Shown in pieces: positions 18,295-26,868 of a stretch of DNA of 32,000 bases. Within the stretch, counting starts at the first letter, position 1. Every line of letters starts with the position of its first letter. A program made the position numbers and the translations under genes. The DNA comes from Candidatus Heimdallarchaeota archaeon B3_Heim (GTDB lineage: Archaea; Asgardarchaeota; Heimdallarchaeia; Hodarchaeales; Hodarchaeaceae), in contig NJBF01000009.1 in assembly GCA_003144275.1 (NCBI GenBank), positions 37,653-69,652 on the forward strand, in the 5' to 3' direction. The notes beneath the pieces were generated by a model. That model was not told where the DNA came from. It worked only from the letters and a program-made list of their open reading frames with translations, and searched no databases.

Positions 18295-18756
18295 ATGCCA
18301 ACATGTCTTAAGTGTGGTTCATACTATATTCGGGCACCCTGTCCTGTCTGTTCTCCACCCGGGGTGGGACAATTAATCGAAGATTCAAAGGAAGCTAAAG
18401 GAAAATCGATTGAAGATCTTCAGAAAGAACTACAAGAATTGAATTCAAAGTTGAAGAATCAAGAAACGGAATTTGATCAGCAAATTAGAGATTTTAAAAC
18501 ACAAATTCAATCACTAGAAGACCAGATTCAAAGCCTGGAAGTTTCCAAAATCAGTTTAAATGATCAGATAGGTAATCTTCAACAGGAGATTGAAATAAAG
18601 GTAAAAAGAACGGAAGAGGTTAGAAAACGCCTTTCAGATTTAGAATCAGAAAAAGGAGTAGCCTCAGAGAAAATCTCAGTATTGGAAAATGAGAACAATG
18701 CTCTAAAAGGGGACATTCAAACCTTTAATGAGAAAATACTGGAAAAAAAAGAATGA
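18295..18756 (+). CDS. Zn-finger (CxxC-x8-CxxC) plus long coiled-coil protein, paralog 2
   Basis: MPTCLKCGSYYIRAPCPVC followed by about 115 aa of heptad repeats, including QIQSLED-QIQSLEV. Starts 2 bp after the paralog 1 stop. Confidence 0.75.
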   Translation: MPTCLKCGSYYIRAPCPVCSPPGVGQLIEDSKEAKGKSIEDLQKELQELNSKLKNQETEFDQQIRDFKTQIQSLEDQIQSLEVSKISLNDQIGNLQQEIEIKVKRTEEVRKRLSDLESEKGVASEKISVLENENNALKGDIQTFNEKILEKKE

Positions 18757-18842
18757 AGAAATTAATTAGGAAGAATTACCAAACTCTTTTCACATAATAA
18801 TTCTCTTTGAGAATGCAATAATTCCTTAGATTTCGACTGACA

Positions 18843-19259
18843 TTGATGAGAGAAATGAAGAAACTCGCACAATTCGAGAGTAATTTTGACTCTTTTCAAT
18901 TGTTTGCTAATGTATATTCAAAACAAAATGGTCTAATCATAGATGTTGTTACCCCTAATGAACATTTAGGGGGTATAGGGGTAGGTCTACCATACATTCG
19001 TGCAAATGGTGCAAAGTCAGCCAATTTTCACTGCATTTCGATCCCAGCTCATAGAGATGCAGAACTAGCTGGTAAATTAGCTCAAATAATTGCTAAAAAC
19101 ACCGAAGTACCTGTGATAGTCCTTCTTGGCATTCACATTCCAAATATTTCTAAGAGCCAAATCCTTAAGCTCTCTCAGTTCTTTGAAAAGTGGTTTACAG
19201 AAATTAGCTTTAAATTAGCTAAGGATTCCTCTTTATATTCAAATAAAGCAAACCAATGA
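18843..19259 (+). CDS. LpdD-like / proteasome-assembly-chaperone (PAC3/PAC4)-fold small protein
   Basis: EHLGGIGVGLP, ISIPAHRDAELAGKLA and VLLGIHIPNIS match the H-[IL]-G-[AG], H-[KR]-[ED] and G-I-H pattern of LpdD-like proteins. Confidence 0.65.
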   Translation: MMREMKKLAQFESNFDSFQLFANVYSKQNGLIIDVVTPNEHLGGIGVGLPYIRANGAKSANFHCISIPAHRDAELAGKLAQIIAKNTEVPVIVLLGIHIPNISKSQILKLSQFFEKWFTEISFKLAKDSSLYSNKANQ

Positions 19260-22200
19260 AGGTAATCGCCATAATCAATATCATTGCTTCATGTAGCTGA
19301 ATGATGGGACTAGGGTTAAGAGTAGATACGATTTTAAATCCAGGAGCTAAACTACCTATTTTTAAGTTTGGAGAAATTCCAGTAGTAGTATACACTGCAA
19401 TTTCATAGGTATTTGGTGCTAAACTTGCTGGAGGTATTGATAATAAGTAGATATGAGTACCGTCGTCTTCAATAGCAGATGTGATACTTGGGAGAGACTG
19501 ATTAAGCCTTCCTATTTTGCCTTGTAAATCTAGTATGCCATAAAGATTAATATTTGGGACTGGAATGTTATTAAATTCAGAATTTACTACTTCAAAGGAA
19601 ATTGTAATGACTGAAGAAGTATCAATGGCATAAACATTCAAATCTCCTTGTTTGTTTATACCATAGTACTGTGTATTAGTAATAGCGAAGTCTCCAGAAA
19701 CAGTTATGTTATAATTAATATTACTCAAAGGATCCCTAGGATCTCGGGCAAATACATAGGAATTGTTCCATACTGATCTAATTTTGAATCGTGTTCCAAA
19801 TGTTGTCTCTGCAAGATTCGGATTAATCAATGCGCTCATGAAGATGGATTCATTTGCTTGAACCATTTTGAATCGTTGTATAAATATCGTTTCGTCAGAA
19901 AAGTTCACAAGTCCACCAATCATATCAACTTGTGAATCAGTGATATTGTAGATACCCGAGGGTGTGTCAATACCTACTACAAATGTTAGATTGAGACTTT
20001 CTCCATAGAATATTGTGTAGCTTTCAGACAAGGAGAGATTCCTATTATCAGTAACAAAGACTGATTGATATAAAACAGGGGTTCCTCCAAATCGAATATT
20101 TGTAAGTGTGCTGTTGGTAACCTTGCTAATTTGATAGCCTGAGGAAGTTTTCCAACTAAAACTAACTGAAAGATTATAAAAACCAGTAACAAATTGAATT
20201 GGACATAACTGATTGAGGCTCGTATAAATGTTGTCAGAATAATGCGACAATTTAACATCAAAGGCCTTTATCTGAGTTTCATTACTGATAAAGAGTAATG
20301 TAGCATTGGCTTTAGGTGTAAAGAAACCATTTGAATATTCTAGTGAAACATTAATATTTAGAGTATTACCTGGGTAGTATACAGGTATTTTGGTAATATT
20401 TACAAGTCTGACTACATCAGAAATCTCTAGAGGAAAAACTGTTGCTATTGATGTCAAGGAGTTATTAAAACTTAATGTAAGATCCCATGTACCCAGGAGT
20501 GAGTGATTATCAAAGAGGATCTTAAACTGAAAAGAGGTTGTCGTTGCATTCAAAGGTTCGTATGAAAGAAGATTTACAATCTGGTCATCGGGTGAAGTGA
20601 TATTTGCAGATAAACTACCAGTAGTGACATTTATCGTTTCATAAGTGATAACTGATCTATTTTGATAATAGATGGTTCCATTTAATGTATCACCCGGTTT
20701 AATTAAGGTAGGTGCGAAATCATATATTGGAGCATAACCTACAATGACTGTAGAATTTTGCAGATATACCGGAGAGCGTATAACAGGGAAATTTCGAATT
20801 GATAGGTGATTAACAATTTGATGAGAGCCAAGAGTCCAGTTAAAATCTCCATTGCTGTCGTTTTCAATATTTATCTTGTAAATAGCACTAGATTCCCTTG
20901 TGAAGACTTCATTATTCTCTGAATAGGAAGGATGCGTAATATCCCAATTATCAATTGTTGTAGTTAAGCTGAGAGAACCATGGGATTGATAGTCAAATGT
21001 ATCCATCCCTAAATTGATGGATGTTATTACTCCCTGAATAAGATAATTCGATTTATTGATAAATTGATTTTTTTGAAAATATGAGGTTTCTAAATCAAGT
21101 TCTATTGATTCAAAAAGAGATAGGGATAATAAATAGACCAAAGAGGAGTAATAGGTATCATGAATGTTCACTCTATTGTTGACTTCTAGTTGAGTATATG
21201 TTACATTATTTGGGCCAAATCCTCCAATGTCTCTTGCTTCAGTTTGGATATAAGTTCGATTTTCTCGTTTCAGGAATTGAGAAGAATTAACGAAATTTAA
21301 TGCCCCTATATGATCAATATCGTCAGTAATATTCAGTAAATGACTGATTGCATAAACGATTCCTGTTTCTTTCGTTGTTGCATTCTCATAGAAGCCATAT
21401 CCTCCTTCAGTCATTCCAGTACTTTTAAGAAATAAGGGTAACCAATTCTGTATTTGTGATTGATAATCAATTAGATTTTTTGGCGATGAAATTCCCAATA
21501 AAGTGGAAAAGTGTTCAAGAACAGCAATTGATTGTAGAGCATACCAAGTATCCTCAATTGGAGTACGATAGCTTGTATTGTCATAAAAATATGTGTTATT
21601 TACTAAAGTATCCTCAATAAAATTGAAAATATTTAATGAGTAATTGGTCATAAATTCCAGAATGGTTTGATTAACGGCTGGTGTAATTGAAGAATCTTTT
21701 ACATCTGAGATTACCTTGTAAATTAAATCTAGTATTGATAAAGCTTGAAACGTTGATTTAAGGTCAGCTTCGCTATCCCTCTCATGAAAACCAAAATTAT
21801 CTAGGTCAAATGTGTCCAGAATAGTGTAATTCATAATAGTTGGAGTTAATGGCTTTAATTTAAGTGTAAGTTCATCCATTAGCCAAAGGGCGTTAACAAC
21901 ACCGAAAGTACCCTCAAGGGAAGGAGTAGAAACTATAGAGCTGAGACGAAATCCTCCCGAATCCTCTTCATCTTTTAGGTCTATGATTAATTTGTCAGCT
22001 ATGGCTACTTCGTAATCTTGCCATTTAGAGTAAAATTGATAATAATCCAAACCGAATATGCGCAAAACTGCCAATGCTTCATACGTAGCAATTGATGTAG
22101 AATACCCATCTACCGACTCAAAGAAAATTGCTTGAGTTGAATCGTAAAGACTGTCAATGTAATCCGCTAAAGCTTCTAGATCAAAGGAATAATTACCAAT

Positions 22201-22401
22201 GAAATTCTTTTCTTCTAGCATACTATACCTAATCTCATCTGAAGTTGTTTCATTAGTAAATTCATTTGATGCTTTTTGGTATTCGTACAATGAGGCATCT
22301 GAACCGGATAAAACAGTTAAAGGAAGAATCACTAAGATTATAAGAAGTGTTCCTTCGACCCTTTTCCGATATTTATTTATTTGGTTTCTACGGATGAGCA
22401 T
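19219..22401 (-). CDS. Large membrane-anchored surface glycoprotein: prenyltransferase/squalene-cyclase-like alpha/alpha repeats, Ig-like domains and a C-terminal TM
   Basis: N-terminal basic + hydrophobic signal; six T-[aromatic]-x-A-L-type helical repeats; beta-rich C-terminal half; TM HEAMILIMAITFIGLLYL then KRNP; about 35 N-x-S/T sequons. Confidence 0.7.
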   Translation of the reverse strand: MLIRRNQINKYRKRVEGTLLIILVILPLTVLSGSDASLYEYQKASNEFTNETTSDEIRYSMLEEKNFIGNYSFDLEALADYIDSLYDSTQAIFFESVDGYSTSIATYEALAVLRIFGLDYYQFYSKWQDYEVAIADKLIIDLKDEEDSGGFRLSSIVSTPSLEGTFGVVNALWLMDELTLKLKPLTPTIMNYTILDTFDLDNFGFHERDSEADLKSTFQALSILDLIYKVISDVKDSSITPAVNQTILEFMTNYSLNIFNFIEDTLVNNTYFYDNTSYRTPIEDTWYALQSIAVLEHFSTLLGISSPKNLIDYQSQIQNWLPLFLKSTGMTEGGYGFYENATTKETGIVYAISHLLNITDDIDHIGALNFVNSSQFLKRENRTYIQTEARDIGGFGPNNVTYTQLEVNNRVNIHDTYYSSLVYLLSLSLFESIELDLETSYFQKNQFINKSNYLIQGVITSINLGMDTFDYQSHGSLSLTTTIDNWDITHPSYSENNEVFTRESSAIYKINIENDSNGDFNWTLGSHQIVNHLSIRNFPVIRSPVYLQNSTVIVGYAPIYDFAPTLIKPGDTLNGTIYYQNRSVITYETINVTTGSLSANITSPDDQIVNLLSYEPLNATTTSFQFKILFDNHSLLGTWDLTLSFNNSLTSIATVFPLEISDVVRLVNITKIPVYYPGNTLNINVSLEYSNGFFTPKANATLLFISNETQIKAFDVKLSHYSDNIYTSLNQLCPIQFVTGFYNLSVSFSWKTSSGYQISKVTNSTLTNIRFGGTPVLYQSVFVTDNRNLSLSESYTIFYGESLNLTFVVGIDTPSGIYNITDSQVDMIGGLVNFSDETIFIQRFKMVQANESIFMSALINPNLAETTFGTRFKIRSVWNNSYVFARDPRDPLSNINYNITVSGDFAITNTQYYGINKQGDLNVYAIDTSSVITISFEVVNSEFNNIPVPNINLYGILDLQGKIGRLNQSLPSITSAIEDDGTHIYLLSIPPASLAPNTYEIAVYTTTGISPNLKIGSLAPGFKIVSTLNPSPIIQLHEAMILIMAITFIGLLYLNIKRNP

Positions 22402-22600
22402 TTCTCTTTCACGTCGAGTAATGACTTGACTACTGAAACTTAGACAGAAGGAGATGGCTTTCTTTGAAAATATTATCCTTTCGGAAAATACGTTTCACTG
22501 ACTCCATATTAATAAAATAACCCATTAAAGCGAAAATTCTAAATGAAAATTCATTCCTCGTTTGAATAACGATTTACGTATATTTAGGTCGATATATACA

Positions 22601-22990
22601 ATGGGTAGAAATCTAGAGGATCAAATGCGATTATCGATGAGAGGAATATTGTCTAAACAGATGATAACGGGAGGAGAAAAGAATAGAGTCGTTGCTTCTT
22701 TCGTCAGCGATGATAACGGGTTTCCACTAACTGGAATGAAAAAATCTGGTGATTCCATCATTGATATGGAGGTTAACGAGTTTGAACAAATATCTGCATT
22801 AATTCCTCAAATTTGGGGAACAACAGCTAACTCTACGCAAGATTTAGAATTACTGTCATTGAAAAGTAGCAAGATAAATCATATTACCGTTGGATTCAAA
22901 GGTGAGAAGGATGAAACTCCAAATTTTGAACTATTAATTGCTCGATTAGATGAACTATATATATCATCTCTCTTTAAATCAAAAAAATAG
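22601..22990 (+). CDS. Roadblock/LAMTOR2 (MglB-like) domain protein
   Basis: VVASFVSDDNGFPL beta-hairpin, then helix EQISALIPQIW and terminal beta strands, at a size typical of Roadblock/LC7. ATG at 22601 preferred over TTG at 22562. Confidence 0.65.
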   Translation: MGRNLEDQMRLSMRGILSKQMITGGEKNRVVASFVSDDNGFPLTGMKKSGDSIIDMEVNEFEQISALIPQIWGTTANSTQDLELLSLKSSKINHITVGFKGEKDETPNFELLIARLDELYISSLFKSKK

Positions 22991-22998
22991 GTGTTATA

Positions 22999-24249
22999 AT
23001 GTCAAAGGCTGAAGTAGAGACGAAAATAGAATTAATTCAGAAGCGTAGGAAGAAAACAATAAATATTGCATTTGATAAAAGCCAGAAAACTCGAAAAGCT
23101 ATACAAAAACACCGAAATAAAATCATTGAAGACACTCAGAAGTTAATTGATGAAACAGATCCTCAGCTCACAGAAGAGGGTGTCCAGAAAATTACTAAAA
23201 AGGGGAAGATCTATTTCCGATCTCTTAAGGCGTTTAACCCCCTCCTTCATGTCTTTAATACTCAAGTATCAAAACTTAAGATTCCTGACGAAAAGAAGCA
23301 ACTGACATCATCCGAGCTTAATCAATTTGTTAGAAATTTGTCTAGATTGGTTAATGATATTAATAAAGAAAAAGCCCAAGTGGATGCAATTATGGGTCTT
23401 GATTTTTTGCTTAAAAAGCGAGGCATCTACGCTGCTTTTGCAAAAATTACTTCTGAACTCAATGACCTCCGTGATCTACAAAAAGAAGAATATTCTGTAG
23501 TTAAAGCAATTGAAGATTTAGAATCAATTATTAGAGATATTGAAAACATACAAGTAAAGACTGAACAACTAAAAGAGGAAAAATTAGATCTTGAAGTTCA
23601 GCTGAAAGTAGCTGAAGAATCTCGGGACAATAAAGAAGACATTAGAACAGCTCTAGTAGGAAATCCGATAATAAGTAATTCTCGACAGAGAGGCATTAGA
23701 ATAACTGAAATAGAAATTGAAATGGGAACCCATCTAAACTCATTTAAGAAAAAATTCAAAAAGTATGCACGCGAAGTCCAAAGAGGAAGTGTTTCTGGAG
23801 AGTTTGGATTAGTTAACACCGCTTTAAGTTATGAAAAAAACCCAGTTCAAAAATTCTTAGATGAACCTGAGAATAATCCTGAAATATCTGCACTTCTAGA
23901 GGAATTAATCAACGTAGGCGAAAAAAGCTTGCATCTAAAACAAAAGGATCTCTCTAATCTGAGTAGAGCGCTAAAAAATATTCAAGAGGGAAAATTTGAC
24001 TTACATAAGAAAGAATGGCATGATTTACATAAGAAAAAAAACGAAGACGATGCCTCTTCTGAGTTTAAAAAGGTTAATGGCGAGCTTATTGAGTGTGAGA
24101 GTGAAATAAAAGATATTGAAGAGAAAATTTCTGGAATAAGCGAAAACATATCATTGAAGTCACGTGAGTTGTTAAATCTTTCAGAATCGCTAGAAAACCG
24201 GCAAAATCGATCTTTAGAAATTACAGAAGAAGTTATTAATCATCCATGA
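22999..24249 (+). CDS. Uncharacterised long coiled-coil protein (coil - globular apex - return coil)
   Basis: Heptad-rich segments at about aa 170-225 and 345-415 flank a central YEKNPVQKFLDEPENNPEI region. No Walker A motif. SD AGGTG at 22989-22993, 8 bp after the Roadblock stop. Confidence 0.7.
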   Translation: MSKAEVETKIELIQKRRKKTINIAFDKSQKTRKAIQKHRNKIIEDTQKLIDETDPQLTEEGVQKITKKGKIYFRSLKAFNPLLHVFNTQVSKLKIPDEKKQLTSSELNQFVRNLSRLVNDINKEKAQVDAIMGLDFLLKKRGIYAAFAKITSELNDLRDLQKEEYSVVKAIEDLESIIRDIENIQVKTEQLKEEKLDLEVQLKVAEESRDNKEDIRTALVGNPIISNSRQRGIRITEIEIEMGTHLNSFKKKFKKYAREVQRGSVSGEFGLVNTALSYEKNPVQKFLDEPENNPEISALLEELINVGEKSLHLKQKDLSNLSRALKNIQEGKFDLHKKEWHDLHKKKNEDDASSEFKKVNGELIECESEIKDIEEKISGISENISLKSRELLNLSESLENRQNRSLEITEEVINHP

Positions 24250-24266
24250 TTAAATTTGTCTGACAA
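24245..24266 (+). repeat. 22-bp direct repeat, left copy (att/target-duplication-like)
   Basis: CATGATTAAATTTGTCTGACAA is 21/22 identical to 26847-26868. It contains the coiled-coil gene's TGA stop and a TTGTC-T-GACAA dyad. Confidence 0.8.
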
Positions 24267-24283
24267 CTGGTATTTATTAGTGT

Positions 24284-24340
24284 AGGTCACAAATGATTAA
24301 TCTACCTTGTGGCCCGGTTGAAGGTGACCTTATCAACTGG
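24284..24340. terminator. Structured element in the convergent intergenic region (two adjacent hairpins; candidate terminator)
   Basis: GGTCACAA (24285-92) / TTGTGGCC (24307-14) and CCGGTTGA (24314-21) / TCAACTGG (24333-40), each 8 bp with one G-T pair. An alternative perfect 7-bp pairing is AGGTCAC (24284-90) / GTGACCT (24324-30). Confidence 0.4.
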
Positions 24341-24345
24341 AGAAG

Positions 24346-26868
24346 TCAAAGTCCAATGTAATTATTTTGAGTTCCTCTATTGAACATTTTCAATGAGAGA
24401 ATATTCCCTATACCCATTTCACTTCGTAAATTGAAAAAATAAAAAGGATAGTTCAAAACTATCGCATCAACCTTCTTAGGTGCTAAGCTTTTGGCTGTTC
24501 TCCCTTCTAAGAATTCAATCATATCGTTAGATACTGAGATGACTTTTGTTGGTGACCCAATATCAAAATCTTCTTTATCATACAAAATGAAAGATTCATT
24601 TATTTCTTGCAACCTCGAGAAGAAGTGTTTTTCTAGCTCCCAATTCCTAGACCTAATCATTTGAATCTGTGGTGGTAAATCAATGATCAGATCCTTCCCT
24701 TGTAGGCGATGTTCCTTTTGTGATTCATCTTCCATCAGAAAAGATGAGGTTTGGAATGTGTCGTTGAGTATTGCTTCTTTTAATGTCCATGGTTGAATTG
24801 ATCCATTTTTATAGAGGAACCAGTAACAATGTTTATCAAATTCCGCTAAACTTATGCCAGTTGAGCGAGAAGATATCTTCTTCTTCTTATATGTGAATAT
24901 AAACTTCTTAAATTTACGATCTTTTATCTCGACCCCTTCTAAGACAGCTCTCTTTCCTGACTTCATGAAATACTCTTGATTGGGATCAGCTATAATTAGA
25001 TCGTAATCACTTTTTTGAATCGTAATTTGGGCACCATCAGCTAATTCTAACTCAAATTCAATAGGTGAAACTATGCTTGAAGTAATTTCATATCCAATAA
25101 CTTTTCCCCATATGGTCGTTTCCTTTTTTATTTTTGGTTTTGCGAGTACAAAATGGTTAACAATTTTTTTAGCAGTCTCTTCCTCATAGGTAATTTCTAA
25201 ATAGTCTTTGATATTACCAAAGTCACGAGAGTACTTCATTGAGAGTAAACGATCCATTTCATTATGGGATTTCTGCAATTTTGCAATAGAACGGTTTCTA
25301 AATCCAGGAAGTAATAATCCCCAAATCATTAAACCCGCTCTAATCGCGCCTATCGAATGATCTGCCTGCATTGCAATTCTTATTGAAGTTAACGGATGAG
25401 AGGCAATTAAATTCATGAAACAAGTCATACGGCTAGGAGCAAGATTTTGGTACAAGTAGTAAGCTTGATCTCCCATGAAACGAATATTTTCATCTTTAGT
25501 ACGTTTCTTTCCAGTCATCAACTGAGTATTGAATCCAATTTCCCCAGCTATTCCATAATAAAATCCTTCAAGACGATATAATGATTCTGCTAATTCGATT
25601 CCATAGCCTTTTTGTCTAGTTATTTTGTCAGCTTGCCCTTCTAACATTTTAACAAATGTCAATAAGATTGCAAATAAGGCTATATTGAACAACCAAAACG
25701 ATAAAAAGTCCCAGGTTTGTTCACCAAGAAATACATATTCCCAATAGGTCGCAGGAGCATCAATAATCAATTTCACAATCAACTCAAGAGCAGTTATACC
25801 AAGTAAGATCAATGTATGCTTTTTCTTTACATGAGCTAATTCATGAGCCGTTATTCCTCGAATTTCTGTGTCGGTGAACTGATCTAAATCAGAAGCGATA
25901 TAAGCTATTCGCTGATCAAACCATGGCCCGAAGGCAAAAGCATTTAGAATCGGAGCTTCTACAATACCAATCTTACGAATCGGCGTCTTGATTTTCATCT
26001 GAACCTCTGAAATAATTGAGTGGACTCTTTCATCATCAAGAGGTTTTATTCCGTAAAGGATTGTTAGTAGAGGTCCCGAAATTAAGTAGATAAAGATATT
26101 TACTACAAAGATTGCTGGATATTTTACAATATCTGGAAAATCGAGTTGAAGAATGACTAAGATTGCGACCAAATATAATATTAAATATGTCATCTGGGGG
26201 CTTATAAACCGTGTCACTACAATGAATTTACGACCAAATAGAAGAAATGCCGTGAAAACCATTACCCAGATTATTAAATTATAACCAACGCCAACAAAGA
26301 ATTGCTGAATTTCAATTGCGTTACTAAACCCAAATGAAACCAAGAAATTCTTTAATGAAGCACCTAAAGATGGTATAACCTTTGAAGTTAAATATCCAAT
26401 TGCTACCATAATGAAAAAGAAACCATAACTTATTGTAAAGGTTCCCATCATTCGTACCCATATTGGATTTTCACGTACTTCAAATGTTCCAATAACCATC
26501 AGACCCATTATACCTGCCAGTCCTGATAATAACATGTCACCTGTTAATGCAAATAATCCTGTTGCTAACACACCTATACCAGATAATTCCATGATATCAG
26601 GATAAGAGCGATATTTCAAATACTTCCTAAGTTCTAGGAGGAATATCACAAGTAGTAGTATAGATAAAAGACCAGATAATGTTTGCTCTGTTGAAAAAGA
26701 GTCTAATAGATCTAATAGATCATTTTGTGACAACATTGTAAATTTCACCGTACTTAGAAGGTCTAAAAGGATGATAGGATGTAAGTATGCCGATATTCTG
26801 AGGATATAAATGGCTACTGACCAGTTCTTCATAGTACTATCAGAAACATGATCAAATTTGTCTGACAA
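24346..26868 (-). CDS. M48 family (HtpX/Ste24-like) zinc metalloprotease with an expanded N-terminal TM bundle and a large C-terminal soluble extension
   Basis: NAFAFG, AHELAHVK (HExxH), LEGQAD third ligand, ASHPLTSIRI. About 8 hydrophobic segments precede the catalytic domain and about 300 aa of beta-rich sequence follow it. Start is TTG 26868 or ATG 26832. Confidence 0.85.
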   Translation of the reverse strand: MSDKFDHVSDSTMKNWSVAIYILRISAYLHPIILLDLLSTVKFTMLSQNDLLDLLDSFSTEQTLSGLLSILLLVIFLLELRKYLKYRSYPDIMELSGIGVLATGLFALTGDMLLSGLAGIMGLMVIGTFEVRENPIWVRMMGTFTISYGFFFIMVAIGYLTSKVIPSLGASLKNFLVSFGFSNAIEIQQFFVGVGYNLIIWVMVFTAFLLFGRKFIVVTRFISPQMTYLILYLVAILVILQLDFPDIVKYPAIFVVNIFIYLISGPLLTILYGIKPLDDERVHSIISEVQMKIKTPIRKIGIVEAPILNAFAFGPWFDQRIAYIASDLDQFTDTEIRGITAHELAHVKKKHTLILLGITALELIVKLIIDAPATYWEYVFLGEQTWDFLSFWLFNIALFAILLTFVKMLEGQADKITRQKGYGIELAESLYRLEGFYYGIAGEIGFNTQLMTGKKRTKDENIRFMGDQAYYLYQNLAPSRMTCFMNLIASHPLTSIRIAMQADHSIGAIRAGLMIWGLLLPGFRNRSIAKLQKSHNEMDRLLSMKYSRDFGNIKDYLEITYEEETAKKIVNHFVLAKPKIKKETTIWGKVIGYEITSSIVSPIEFELELADGAQITIQKSDYDLIIADPNQEYFMKSGKRAVLEGVEIKDRKFKKFIFTYKKKKISSRSTGISLAEFDKHCYWFLYKNGSIQPWTLKEAILNDTFQTSSFLMEDESQKEHRLQGKDLIIDLPPQIQMIRSRNWELEKHFFSRLQEINESFILYDKEDFDIGSPTKVISVSNDMIEFLEGRTAKSLAPKKVDAIVLNYPFYFFNLRSEMGIGNILSLKMFNRGTQNNYIGL

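Larger units (their letters stand above)
24245..26868. mobile_element. Putative single-gene cassette (M48 protease) bounded by 22-bp direct repeats; no integrase inside
   Basis: The direct repeats sit at the gene boundaries 2602 bp apart, and the reconstructed empty site is a 33-bp dyad. Mobility is inferred, not shown. Confidence 0.3.

Noticed and set aside
18743-18750. A8 tract near the end of coiled-coil paralog 2 as a programmed frameshift site
   Set aside because: The alternative frames close within a few codons and do not join the next gene.
19219-19259. 41-bp overlap between the LpdD-like gene and the 1060-aa gene
   Set aside because: Short 3'-3' overlaps are common in compact archaeal genomes and do not indicate functional linkage.
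22999-24249. 416-aa coiled-coil protein as SMC/Rad50 or ESCRT-III
   Set aside because: No Walker A/B, signature motif or CxxC hook, and length and pattern do not fit Snf7/CdvB. Left as uncharacterised.
24250-24345. Integron attC site
   Set aside because: No properly placed RYYYAAC...GTTRRRY pair and no IntI in the window. The hairpins and direct repeat are reported separately without that label.
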